From NCBI GenBank assembly GCA_031416075.1, contig JANOSY010000085.1, positions 1 through 64,000 on the forward strand: a stretch of 64,000 nucleotides of DNA, read 5' to 3'. Position 1 is the stretch's first letter, and each line of letters begins with the position of its first letter. The translations under genes were made by a program, and so were the position numbers. Below the pieces are notes generated by a model that searched no databases, had not been told where the DNA came from, and saw only the letters and a program-made list of their open reading frames with translations. The stretch is from Candidatus Tenderia sp. Lineage in GTDB: Bacteria; Pseudomonadota; Gammaproteobacteria; Tenderiales; Tenderiaceae. Of the stretch, positions 10,618 through 20,107 are shown in pieces.

Positions 10618-11922
10618 TTACATCGTCTGCTCTGCATCTGAGTCAGGAAGGGTGAAGTAGAAGGTGGCACCGTGATTGACCTCGGCATCTACCCAGACCT
10701 TGCCGCCATGTTTTGTGATGACCCGCTGTACGGTGGCCAGACCAATGCCAGTTCCTTCGAACTGTTCGACGGGGTGCAGACGTTGAAAGGTATTAAACAG
10801 TTTGGATGAATATTTCATGTCAAAACCAACACCATTGTCACGGATGAAAAAACAGATGTTGTTGTCGTTGATGAGTGTATTGAACTCGATGGTGGCATCT
10901 GGTTGGTGACGAGTGAATTTCCATGCGTTACCAAGCAGATTGCCAAGCAATACCTGTAGTAATGTTGGGTCGCCATAGCCCCAGAGGTTGGGGGCGATAG
11001 CAATATTGACAGTGCGCTCAGGTTCGTTTTGGCGCAGCTCCTCGATGAGGTTTTCTGCCAGTAAACTTAGATTTATCTTTTTCAGCTGTAGTTCGCTGCG
11101 GGTAACGCGTGAGAGTTTCAAGAGATCGTCAATCAGATGCCCCATTTTCTGTGCGCTATTGCGGACACGGTTCAGATAGTCGCGACAGCCCTGGTTGAGT
11201 GATCCACTACAATCTTCCAGCAGTGCCAAACTGAAGCCGTCAATGGCGCGCAAAGGGGCACGTAGATCGTGTGAAACTGAGTAGCTAAAGGCTTCGAGCT
11301 CATTGTTGATAGAGGTGAGCTGAGCGGTACGATTGGTAACGGTTTTTTCCAACTGGTCATTTTGAGATTGGAGCGCTGTTTCAGCGCGGCGACGGCGTTC
11401 GACCTCACGTGATAGGGCGGCTGATTTTTTCTGGTATTTGGTTAAGGAGAAGGTCAGGGCTATCAGTAGTGAGGAGACGACCGTGTAGATTATACCGACA
11501 TTCCATGAGAGTTCGCGGTGCCGCATCTGAACGCCGACAAAGTCTTTGACGAGTTTAAGTTGAGCCGCGCCACGATAACCGTAATTGAAAGTGGTTGTGA
11601 AAGTGACTGGATTATCAGTGCTGGCGGGGCGTTTAAATTCATGGAATTGGTAGCTGTTAGCGGCCGTGATCTTCATCTCCCTGATGTCACTATTATTGCT
11701 TCCCCAGTCATCGATCAAACTATCAATATGCTGGTAGTTACCAGCCTGTAAGTCATTATGTATTAAAGAGGCCAGCAATTGAAGTTCACGCTCGGAGGAG
11801 CGCTGTTTTATTTGAAGTTCTTGTTGCCACTGATGCTGTACAAATAGCACGGATAATAAGAGCAGTAGCGCCAGAAACAGCGCTAGTAGTAACCACGGAA
11901 GTATGCGTGCCAGGCGCTGCAT
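10618..11922 (-). CDS. Membrane sensor histidine kinase
   Basis: Two TM helices, SHDLRAPL H-box, NLLGNAWKF, DNGVGF, GTGIGL. Confidence 0.93.
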   Translation of the reverse strand: MQRLARILPWLLLALFLALLLLLSVLFVQHQWQQELQIKQRSSERELQLLASLIHNDLQAGNYQHIDSLIDDWGSNNSDIREMKITAANSYQFHEFKRPASTDNPVTFTTTFNYGYRGAAQLKLVKDFVGVQMRHRELSWNVGIIYTVVSSLLIALTFSLTKYQKKSAALSREVERRRRAETALQSQNDQLEKTVTNRTAQLTSINNELEAFSYSVSHDLRAPLRAIDGFSLALLEDCSGSLNQGCRDYLNRVRNSAQKMGHLIDDLLKLSRVTRSELQLKKINLSLLAENLIEELRQNEPERTVNIAIAPNLWGYGDPTLLQVLLGNLLGNAWKFTRHQPDATIEFNTLINDNNICFFIRDNGVGFDMKYSSKLFNTFQRLHPVEQFEGTGIGLATVQRVITKHGGKVWVDAEVNHGATFYFTLPDSDAEQTM

Positions 11923-11925
11923 GGT

Positions 11926-12774
11926 TCAGCGCTCAGACTCTACTTTATGAACAATGGTTCTTAATTGTTCGTAATCACGTTCATGCACCGGGATTAATGC
12001 GGTTAACTCTTTGTGCATGGCGCTCATAATGGTTTTGCCGTTTGGCTCGTTGTTGAGTTGTAACAGCGCCTGGCGCAGTTTTTTGACCTTGGCGATGGGC
12101 AATGTGCTGCTGGTGATGAAGAGATGGTCAGGGGTGGCTGGTGTTGCCGCAATTACTCGTAACCCTTTGGATTCAAACTCAATAAATACCTCCTGTTTAA
12201 CAGCACCTGCATCAAAGTCACCTGCAAGTACGGCAATGGCGACGTTATGGTGTGAACCAAGAAATTTGTATTCCGATAATGCACTGACGGGAATGCCGGC
12301 CTCAGCTAACATAAAGCGGGGCACAATGTGGCTCATGGTTGATTCTTTGTCACCAAAGGCAAAACGTTTGCCCTGAAGCTGTTTGAGATTTCTTATGGGG
12401 CTTTCGTTGCGAGTGATGATTACGCCATAGAGGTTGGGACTGTTGTTGACTTCGAAGCGGGCCAGGAGCGGTTTACTGCCATATTTATCCAACAGTTTTA
12501 TATAGGGGGCAGGCCCCATAAAGGCGATGTCAACTTGATCTTTGCCGATAGCGTCGATGTGATCATCGTAGTTGCGCCCCACCCGGACAACGATGGGTTG
12601 CCCTAATGTGAGACTGAGATATTCAGCCAGCGGAGTAAAACGTTTTTGGATCTCTGCCTCAGGCAGATAGGGATGGACGGCCAGGATCAGTGGCTCGGTT
12701 GCTGCTATGACAGGTTGGATCGTTGTGGTAAACAGCAGTATCAGCGCAGCAAACAGTTTTTGTAATGGCTTCAT
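11926..12774 (-). CDS. PhnD-like phosphate/phosphonate periplasmic binding protein
   Basis: Signal peptide, LQGKRFAFGD..STMSH..P, GSHHNVAIAVLAGDFDAG. Confidence 0.85.
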   Translation of the reverse strand: MKPLQKLFAALILLFTTTIQPVIAATEPLILAVHPYLPEAEIQKRFTPLAEYLSLTLGQPIVVRVGRNYDDHIDAIGKDQVDIAFMGPAPYIKLLDKYGSKPLLARFEVNNSPNLYGVIITRNESPIRNLKQLQGKRFAFGDKESTMSHIVPRFMLAEAGIPVSALSEYKFLGSHHNVAIAVLAGDFDAGAVKQEVFIEFESKGLRVIAATPATPDHLFITSSTLPIAKVKKLRQALLQLNNEPNGKTIMSAMHKELTALIPVHERDYEQLRTIVHKVESER

Positions 12775-13144
12775 TTGACACTCACTTTATATGTGAATGA
12801 GACTGATGTTATATCGATGCAGTCTCGTTGTGCCGCGTCTATACCATCCTACGCCAGCAATCACCCCAGTACTATTTTGTTAAGGTGATTCTTGGCTCGT
12901 AGTCAAACAACTGTATAAATGTAATAGATACGCCCCTGACGCAGTCTGCTCTCCTATGAAAATCCTAGCAAGAGCTTGTGTGATTTATTATGCAGGAACG
13001 GTTACTTTGTGCTTCTTTTGGGAAAAGTCTGGAGGGTGGGATAGACATTGTCCCGGAGGGGATAGGCGTGGAGTGTTTTTTTGTAATGGTTATTTGATTA
13101 ATGAAGGAGGCACGTCTGAAAGTGTGCCCCCGTTTAGTGTTGAG

Positions 13145-13510
13145 TTATGCCCCAATCTCGGACCATACCGCAAATTCGTTGCCGCTGGGTTCAGTGAAAT
13201 GGAAACGCCTGCCCCCTGGGAATGAGAATATTTTAGTGCTGATAATCCCACCGGCCTGTTTTACTTTTTCTTCTGTGGACTCTAGATTATGGCTGTAAAA
13301 AACCAGTAATGCTGCACCGGTGCTAGTGGTTGAGGTCAGTTCCGATCGATAAAAACCGCCATCGAGTTCTTGATTTGAGAAGGCTGAGTAGTTGGGACCG
13401 TAGTCGATAAAGCTCCAACCAAATGCAGTTTTAAAGAATTTTTTTGTTTCACCAATATTTTTTGCAGGGTATTCAACGTAGTTTAGTTTTTCGTGTTTGT
13501 TCATGGGCAA
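13145..13510 (-). CDS. VOC/glyoxalase family protein
   Basis: LNYVEYPA, FGWSFIDYG, FPGGRRFHFTEPSGNE. Confidence 0.9.
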   Translation of the reverse strand: MPMNKHEKLNYVEYPAKNIGETKKFFKTAFGWSFIDYGPNYSAFSNQELDGGFYRSELTSTTSTGAALLVFYSHNLESTEEKVKQAGGIISTKIFSFPGGRRFHFTEPSGNEFAVWSEIGA

Positions 13511-13538
13511 TCGGGTCCTTGATAACCGGGGTGGATAT

Positions 13539-13892
13539 TTACTCGTCGACTAATACTTCAAATCCTCCGTAGATCATCCGCATGCCATCAAAGGGCATGG
13601 GATTGGTGTCTGGATGTAGTCGTGGATCATCCATCGCCAATTTCATACCTCTGTTACGGGCCTCTTTTGATGGCCAGCTGATCCACGAAAAAACAACGGT
13701 TTCATCTGGCTGACATTTTACAGCCATGGGGAATGAGGTGATTTTTCCTTCTGGAACATCGTCACCCCAGCACTCTACCAGTTTTAATGCACCGTACTCT
13801 TTGAATACAGCGGCTGCATTTTGAGAGTGCTTTTTGTAGATCTCTCTGTTTTGGTTAGGTACTGCTGCGACAAAACCATCGACGTAAGTCAT
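13539..13892 (-). CDS. DUF1428 (YbaA-like) protein
   Basis: MTYVDGFVAAVP, ECWGDDVPEGKITSF, MPFDGMRMIYGGF. Confidence 0.92.
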   Translation of the reverse strand: MTYVDGFVAAVPNQNREIYKKHSQNAAAVFKEYGALKLVECWGDDVPEGKITSFPMAVKCQPDETVVFSWISWPSKEARNRGMKLAMDDPRLHPDTNPMPFDGMRMIYGGFEVLVDE

Positions 13893-14551
13893 TGGGTATC
13901 CTCCTTGATGTATTGGTGAGTAATGAATGATCCAGCTTATCTAAAATTTTATGCAATACGAACAGCCTTGCACCTTTTTCTTGTCGCCTATGGGCGACAG
14001 GAGGGGCGTGTTGGCTAACGTTTTTCATAGTAGATTAACTATTCTTAATAGCCGTATTTTTATAATTTTCTATGTAGTCAAGCATGGCAGCGGTGACGTT
14101 GTCTGGATCTGGCGGATTGTTGTTTTCTATTTTTGTAGCCACCGTGTAGCTTGGTTTGAGTGGCAGGTAGGCAGATTGGCTGCTATCGGCAGAGAAACAG
14201 CCGATTTTTTTTGTTGAGTGAACAGCGGGACTCAGTGAGTTTTTTGAGTTGGGGGAATGTTTCTGTGTCATATGTCGATGCCTCACGATATCTGAGAAAT
14301 AAGATGTTTATCACTATGTGAAGGTGTAAGCAATAGTTGGACCATTGATGTTTTTAACATATTTATCAGTATGTTATTAATGTGGTGTCCTCTTTTTTTC
14401 ATGATTCATGAGCTTTTTGGATTGAACCGTTGCTAGTCAGCGACACTTAATTCAGAGATGGTGCCTAATCGATTGAATAGGGAGGAATGGTTGTGTTGTT
14501 GATTGGCGACAATAGGCACGGTTTCAGCTCCAGTTGAAGTGTAATAGTAGT

Positions 14552-17500
14552 CTAAAAAATCCGATTGCCAAGGTCGCGCACCATAGCTGCCGGATCAACA
14601 TCCGGCACCTCAAACTGCACGTCGTCGAGTGAGACATTAAACGGCTGCCCCTCCTTGTAGTGGATCGGGAAACGTACCCCGAGGCGCAGATTGGAGCCGA
14701 GTTCGTAGGCGGCGAGCTGCCAGGTATTGTCGTAGACGCTGAAACCGAGCGCGGTGACGGCGACATAGCCCGATACATCAAACTTAAATTTGGGTTCGGC
14801 GTGCAGATACCCTTCAGCGTCGAACTGGAGGCCTTGGTTGGGTTTCCAGTCGATGTGGGTGCTGGCTTCGGCGGCACCGTCGATGCCAAGGGTGCCGCCC
14901 AACTCCAACCCACCGGTGACGCTGGCGCCGGTGATGCCGAGGCCGATGCCGACGCGGGCACCGAGGCGCAGTCCGGCGTCAGCAGGCACGTTGACGTGGG
15001 CGTCGCCGGTGATGTGGGTATCCTCCTCGTGGTCGGGATTGTAGGTGATGCCGATCTTGAGCTGATCAAGCGCGCCAGGGCCGATGCCAGCCTTGGCGCT
15101 GAGGTTGCCACCGACCTCGGCAACAATGCCGGGGAAGATCGGGATCTGGGTCGAGAGTGAGAAGAGCGACTTGTTCAGCTCTTTGCGCGGAAAGATCTCC
15201 AGCGAGCTGGGCAGGCCGAGTTCACCGGCGACGGTCACTTCGCCCTTCTCATCCAGGGTCAGCCCGACGGTCGCCTTGAGCCACGGCGCGGCGGTGACGT
15301 TGACCTTGCCGCCGCCCCAGACCTTCATCGGTTCTGCTTCGCCGCCGCCATCACCAATCATCGCACGGGCGTTGAGGTCGACATTGCCTTCGACGATGCT
15401 ACGTTTGTAGTTGGCAGTCAGTTTGCCGTTGAGCAGCCCATCCTTGTAGTCGAGGTTGATCTTGGCGCTGGCGTCCAGGCCGCTCAGGTCCGGCTCCAGC
15501 TCACCGCTGCCGCCCAGTGACCAGAGATCCCCTTTCCGCTCAGCCGAGACGTTAAGTTTGCCCGCCTTGATGCGCGGGATGGTATCGGAGAGAGTCGCCT
15601 CGCCCGCCAGCGTGATATTGCCACTGTCGTCGGCATGGGCCGCCAGCTTGGCCCCTTTGAAACCGGGTACCGAGAGGTCGGCATCACCGGCAAAGTCGAT
15701 CGCCTTCTTGGCGTCGTCATAGGCAAGGGTGAAGTTGGCCTTTTTGATCCCCTTGAGCGCCCCTGGCTTGAGGCCGAGCGTGCCCGAGGCCTTTAGCCCC
15801 TTTTCACTGTCGTAATTGACCTTGCCGCTGCCGGTAAACAGCTCTTTGTCGAACAGCAGTTCGGCACCGAGGCTAAAACCATCCATACGCCCCTCACCGG
15901 TCAGTGAACCTGTGGCCAGCTCGCCGATGTGGAAGTCGATGGCGCCGTCGACCCCGATGCCAGAGCCGCTGGCAATGCTGACGGTAAGCGAACATTCGTC
16001 GATCTGGACGGGCCCTTTCAGTGCAATCTCGTCACTGCTGAAAGTGCGGCTAAAGATGATTTCACCACCGATGAACTGTACGTCGATCTGTGCGCCCGCC
16101 AAAATCGGGATGCCATCCACCTTGAGCTTGCCTGCTGCTGAGAGATCAGCGCTGGCGTCCATCTCTGCTGTGTCGAGTGCAATGGGGCTGAGCAGGGAGT
16201 GGCTGAAGGCGAACTGAAAGTTGGGCAGGATCGATGCCGGTGCTACCGTGGCAATCAGTGGCGTGGATGGATTGCCTTGTAATGCCAACTCTCCCGGCAC
16301 GGGCTTTTTACCGCCACGGGTATTGGCCACCACCTTCATCTTGCCAGTGCCTGAGGTGCGATCAAAACTGCCATCCACCACGTCGAGCCGTTTACCCCAG
16401 TTGCCACCCTCAAACTTGCCGTCGGGCTTGAGCTCTTTTGAATACATGACGCCGCCGCCGGGACGCGGGAAAATCTTGACATGTTTGTCGTCGAAGAGCA
16501 GGTCGAGATCCTTTGCCGCAGGTTTTTCGAGTGGGTCGAGGGTATCGCCACCCTCTACCTGCCCCTGACTCCATTTGGTAGTGGGTTTACCTTTCAGCGG
16601 GACATCGTAGGTCACGCCAGTGAATTTGACGGTGTAATTTTTGAATATTTCGTCGATGGCGACTTTGGCGGGATCGGGCGTTTTGTCGGCTGTCGCCCCT
16701 CCGGCTGTCGGTGCGGCAGCGGTTGCCGGGGCGGTTGCGCCACCAGCCGCTGGGGTGGCGGCCGACTTTTTGGGCAACTCCTTGCCGAGTATGTCGGGTG
16801 CGGCACCACTCGAGGGGGGTTCGATGGGCAGGGCATTGCGGACGCGCGCCGTGATGGCCTTGTCGATACGAGAGCCCGCGCTACGGTTGGCCGAGGCGTC
16901 GAGCATATGCATGTTGTCGGTGGTATTGGGGCCACCCAACTGGATCTCTTTGACGTGGTCAACGTCGAAATTATTGAGTTCACCATTGGCGTCCCACCAG
17001 GGGGCTTTTAGTTGTGAGGTCATGTCGGCAACTGACCCCACCAGGAAACCGTTGGCAGTGCCCTTGGCTTTTAATGCGTAGATGGAGCTTGGAACGCCGG
17101 GCTTTTCAGGACTCTTGGCGGCTTTGGCCGTGATCTTGCTGGCATCGGGTGCTTTAACGCCTGCCATCCAGACCTGCCGCTGATTGTCGGGGCGTGGGAT
17201 GCGTTTGCCTTTTTCTACCATCACGGTCGCGCCAAAGGCGTCTTTGAGTCCGGGCTTGTCGGGCAGGGCGAGCCCGTCGATTATCAGCGTCTCGCCCTCT
17301 AGTTTACCTTTGCCAGTGCCCTGCATGGCGGCCGTGGATTTCGGTTTGCCGCCAGTCGCTGCTGGGGTGGTCGCAGGTGCACGCATCACCCGCTGCACGT
17401 CGCCGCCTTGCTGCACCACATGGGTCAACTCATGGGCCAGCAGTTCCCGGCCGCTGTCGCTCTCGGGCGAGAACTCACCGGGGGCAAAAAAGATATCGTT

Positions 17501-18151
17501 ACCAACCGTGAAAGCACGGGCGTTGGTTTCGGCGCAGAGATCGGCGGCTTCGCTGTCGGTGTGGATCCGTACCTGGCTGAAATCCTGTCCAAACTGACTC
17601 TCCATATCTCTCTTGGCCGCATCGGGTAGGGTTGCCCCCGCGCCACGGCGGGCCTCGATACGGTTTTCGGTTTCGGCGCTGGTGGTCTGCCCGGCCATTG
17701 GGTCGGCGGCTTCGCGCTGTACCTTTGTCTCATCTTTACCGGCGGCGGCCGCCTTTTTATCGAGCTGCTGCTCGGCGCTGTTTTCGGGCACCGGGCGGCG
17801 CTGGATAGTTTCAGCGGCGGGCACCGGTTTGAGCGCCAGGGTGTCGCCCTTTTCGGCATTGATCTTTGGTTCCAGGCTGGCGCGTTGGGCCTTCTTTGCG
17901 CCGTCCTGCTTTGGTATTGCGGGCGCTGCCGGGGTGGCCTTGGGGGCGCGGGCGACCTGCTGTGCAACCTTGTCGGCCTCTTTTTCAGCGCCGTCTTGTG
18001 GGTGGCTGACCGCCATCTTGGCCTGCATGTAGGCAGGTGGTTTTGCCGCCTCCGGTTTTTGGCTGCGCTGCGCGCTGGCCGCTTTTTTGGCGACCTTATT
18101 GCCATCCTTTTTTTCTGGGGTGGATTTACTCTTCTGGGTAGCGGCGGCCAT
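14552..18151 (-). CDS. DUF4157 (eCIS core domain) protein with an internal HNH-like motif and a long beta-rich C-terminus; candidate effector
   Basis: MESQFGQDFSQVRIHTD...ARAFTVGNDIFF...LLAHELTHVVQQ; later DVDHVKEIQLGGPNTTDNMHMLDASANRSAG. Confidence 0.85.
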   Translation of the reverse strand: MAAATQKSKSTPEKKDGNKVAKKAASAQRSQKPEAAKPPAYMQAKMAVSHPQDGAEKEADKVAQQVARAPKATPAAPAIPKQDGAKKAQRASLEPKINAEKGDTLALKPVPAAETIQRRPVPENSAEQQLDKKAAAAGKDETKVQREAADPMAGQTTSAETENRIEARRGAGATLPDAAKRDMESQFGQDFSQVRIHTDSEAADLCAETNARAFTVGNDIFFAPGEFSPESDSGRELLAHELTHVVQQGGDVQRVMRAPATTPAATGGKPKSTAAMQGTGKGKLEGETLIIDGLALPDKPGLKDAFGATVMVEKGKRIPRPDNQRQVWMAGVKAPDASKITAKAAKSPEKPGVPSSIYALKAKGTANGFLVGSVADMTSQLKAPWWDANGELNNFDVDHVKEIQLGGPNTTDNMHMLDASANRSAGSRIDKAITARVRNALPIEPPSSGAAPDILGKELPKKSAATPAAGGATAPATAAAPTAGGATADKTPDPAKVAIDEIFKNYTVKFTGVTYDVPLKGKPTTKWSQGQVEGGDTLDPLEKPAAKDLDLLFDDKHVKIFPRPGGGVMYSKELKPDGKFEGGNWGKRLDVVDGSFDRTSGTGKMKVVANTRGGKKPVPGELALQGNPSTPLIATVAPASILPNFQFAFSHSLLSPIALDTAEMDASADLSAAGKLKVDGIPILAGAQIDVQFIGGEIIFSRTFSSDEIALKGPVQIDECSLTVSIASGSGIGVDGAIDFHIGELATGSLTGEGRMDGFSLGAELLFDKELFTGSGKVNYDSEKGLKASGTLGLKPGALKGIKKANFTLAYDDAKKAIDFAGDADLSVPGFKGAKLAAHADDSGNITLAGEATLSDTIPRIKAGKLNVSAERKGDLWSLGGSGELEPDLSGLDASAKINLDYKDGLLNGKLTANYKRSIVEGNVDLNARAMIGDGGGEAEPMKVWGGGKVNVTAAPWLKATVGLTLDEKGEVTVAGELGLPSSLEIFPRKELNKSLFSLSTQIPIFPGIVAEVGGNLSAKAGIGPGALDQLKIGITYNPDHEEDTHITGDAHVNVPADAGLRLGARVGIGLGITGASVTGGLELGGTLGIDGAAEASTHIDWKPNQGLQFDAEGYLHAEPKFKFDVSGYVAVTALGFSVYDNTWQLAAYELGSNLRLGVRFPIHYKEGQPFNVSLDDVQFEVPDVDPAAMVRDLGNRIF

Positions 18152-18154
18152 GGT

Positions 18155-20107
18155 TTACCCCGGCAGATGTTCGAGTTGTGGTGGCAGGGTGCGACCGAGT
18201 TTGCGGTACTCGGCTCGTAGCGCCTCCAGCAGGTGGGTGGATGCCAGGGGACTCTCCGGCGGTTGCGGACTCAGGGCGGCGGCGTTCAGCACGATGTTGC
18301 GGATGTGGCCGCCCGCCAGGTCGCTGTAGCTGGCCAGCAGGCGGCAGGTCTGTTCGTTGGGTGCGCGGTTGCCGAGGTGCGAGCGCCACAGCCGGTAGCG
18401 CTCCTCGACGCCGGGCAGCGGGAATTCGATGATGGCGTCGAAGCGGCGGCTAAAGGCGGTGTCGATGCGGTTGCGGCTGTTGCTGGTGAGCAGAACGATG
18501 CCAGGGTGGTTTTCAATGCGGGTGAGCAGGAAGTTGGTGAGCATGTTGGCATAGCGCTCGCCGGTCTCCTTGCCGTCGCTGCGGCGGCCAAAGAGGGTGT
18601 CGGCCTCATCCATCAGCAGGATGGCATCGAGGGCGGCGGCCTCGTCCAGTACTCGGCCGAGGTTCTTCTCCGACTCCCCTATATATTTGTTCATCACCGC
18701 CGCCAGATCAACGCGGAACAGCGGTGCCCCCAGCAGCGTGGCCAGACGGCTGGCGGCGAGGGTTTTGCCCGCGCCGCTCTCCCCGGCAAAGAGGGCACGC
18801 ACGCCGGGGGTGGGGTCGGCGAGACTCGCCCCTAGTCCCTGCCACAACCGTTCGCGGCGCTGGCAGCGCTGGATCAACTCATCAAACTGGGTCTGGATCT
18901 CCGGCGGCAGGATCAGGCCGTCGGCCTCGACATGGCGTGTCACCGGCTGGGCCAGCAGCCGCAGCCGCTCGGAGCCAAACTGGGCGCGGGCGGCGCGCAG
19001 GTGGTGCGGGCCGGGTGGCTCATCGCGGTGGGCGCTGCTAAAGCGGATACGTTCGGCCAGTGCCTGGATGGTGGGGCCATCCACCAGCGCCTGTTCGGCC
19101 ATGCTCTCGGGGATCTGCTCTGATAGCGCATCGCGCCAAGCGGTCAGCCGTTCGTCGCGATTGAGTGTCGGCAGGGTGATTTCCAGGGTGTCGCTCGCCG
19201 CGACGGTGCCGTCGTGGCCGCAGACCAGCAGCAGTGGTGTCTGGTGGAGCTGGTTGCGGCTGGGGCTGAAACGTTCGCCGGGGCCAAGGTTGATCAGCAG
19301 CAGCGGTAGCCAGCTGCCGTAGTGGCAGGCGGTGGCCAGCACCGGGCGCTGCTCCCAGACCTCTTGATCCACCTCGATGGCCAGCAGACCAAGTTCAGCG
19401 GCCAGGGCGGCGGCAGCGGCAAGTCCCGCCTGCGGATTGCCACGCAATACCACCACCCGCACCGCCCCCTGCCGCAGCTGTCTGGCTAGCAGTGGCAGTT
19501 GCCGTTTCAGGTCGCCGGGCAGGGCGGCGTTGCCCGGCGGCAGTGGCCGGGTGCCGGGCCACGGGGTGCTGTCGCCACAGAGCAGCGCCCATAGCTCCGG
19601 CGGCAGGGTCAGTTGGCGGGTCGGCAAGGGGCCGTCACCGTTTATTTCCAATATCCCGGCGCGTACCAGCCTATGGCTGGGCAGGGCGAGTGGCGGCAGT
19701 GGCGCATCAAAGAGCGCTTGCGCCATCACCTCCAGCAGATGCAAGCCGGGGCGCGGCGCGGCGCCAGGGCTTTGCAGCTCCGCCAGCGCCAGGTTGAGCA
19801 GGTGACTCGCCTCGGTCTCGCCGCAGAGCGCCAGCACAAACCATTCGTGCAGCTGGAGCTGATAGTCGCGCAGCAACTGGCCAAAGGGACCGGGCAGCTC
19901 TGGCGCGTGTTGCGCCAGCCGACCGATAGCCTCTTCCCACTCACCCGCAGGCAGCCCCATCAGCGTGGCCAGATCGGCGTAACGCTCCAGCTGCTCAAAC
20001 AGCGGCGCTGGCTGGGCTAGATAGAGCCGCGCAAACCGCGCCACGCCGCTGTAGACAAAGGCGCGGTTGAGCAGGGCGGGGGTGATGATGGGTGGCGTGC
20101 TGTTCAT
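18155..20107 (-). CDS. AAA+ ATPase (Afp15/Pvc15-like)
   Basis: LFAGESGAGKT, KYIGESEKNL, MDEADTLFGRR, IDTAFSRRF. Start ATG 20107 overlaps the upstream TGA. Confidence 0.93.
   Translation of the reverse strand: MNSTPPIITPALLNRAFVYSGVARFARLYLAQPAPLFEQLERYADLATLMGLPAGEWEEAIGRLAQHAPELPGPFGQLLRDYQLQLHEWFVLALCGETEASHLLNLALAELQSPGAAPRPGLHLLEVMAQALFDAPLPPLALPSHRLVRAGILEINGDGPLPTRQLTLPPELWALLCGDSTPWPGTRPLPPGNAALPGDLKRQLPLLARQLRQGAVRVVVLRGNPQAGLAAAAALAAELGLLAIEVDQEVWEQRPVLATACHYGSWLPLLLINLGPGERFSPSRNQLHQTPLLLVCGHDGTVAASDTLEITLPTLNRDERLTAWRDALSEQIPESMAEQALVDGPTIQALAERIRFSSAHRDEPPGPHHLRAARAQFGSERLRLLAQPVTRHVEADGLILPPEIQTQFDELIQRCQRRERLWQGLGASLADPTPGVRALFAGESGAGKTLAASRLATLLGAPLFRVDLAAVMNKYIGESEKNLGRVLDEAAALDAILLMDEADTLFGRRSDGKETGERYANMLTNFLLTRIENHPGIVLLTSNSRNRIDTAFSRRFDAIIEFPLPGVEERYRLWRSHLGNRAPNEQTCRLLASYSDLAGGHIRNIVLNAAALSPQPPESPLASTHLLEALRAEYRKLGRTLPPQLEHLPG

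Noticed and set aside
13100-14020. Integron cassette around the DUF1428 and VOC genes
   Set aside because: A GTTAGCC upstream and a GCATAAC at the VOC stop exist on the minus strand, but they are not complementary; no full attC or integrase was found
14035-14286. 83-aa ORF as immunity gene for the DUF4157-HNH protein
   Set aside because: About 265 nt from the toxin stop, no clear SD and no recognisable family; may be non-coding
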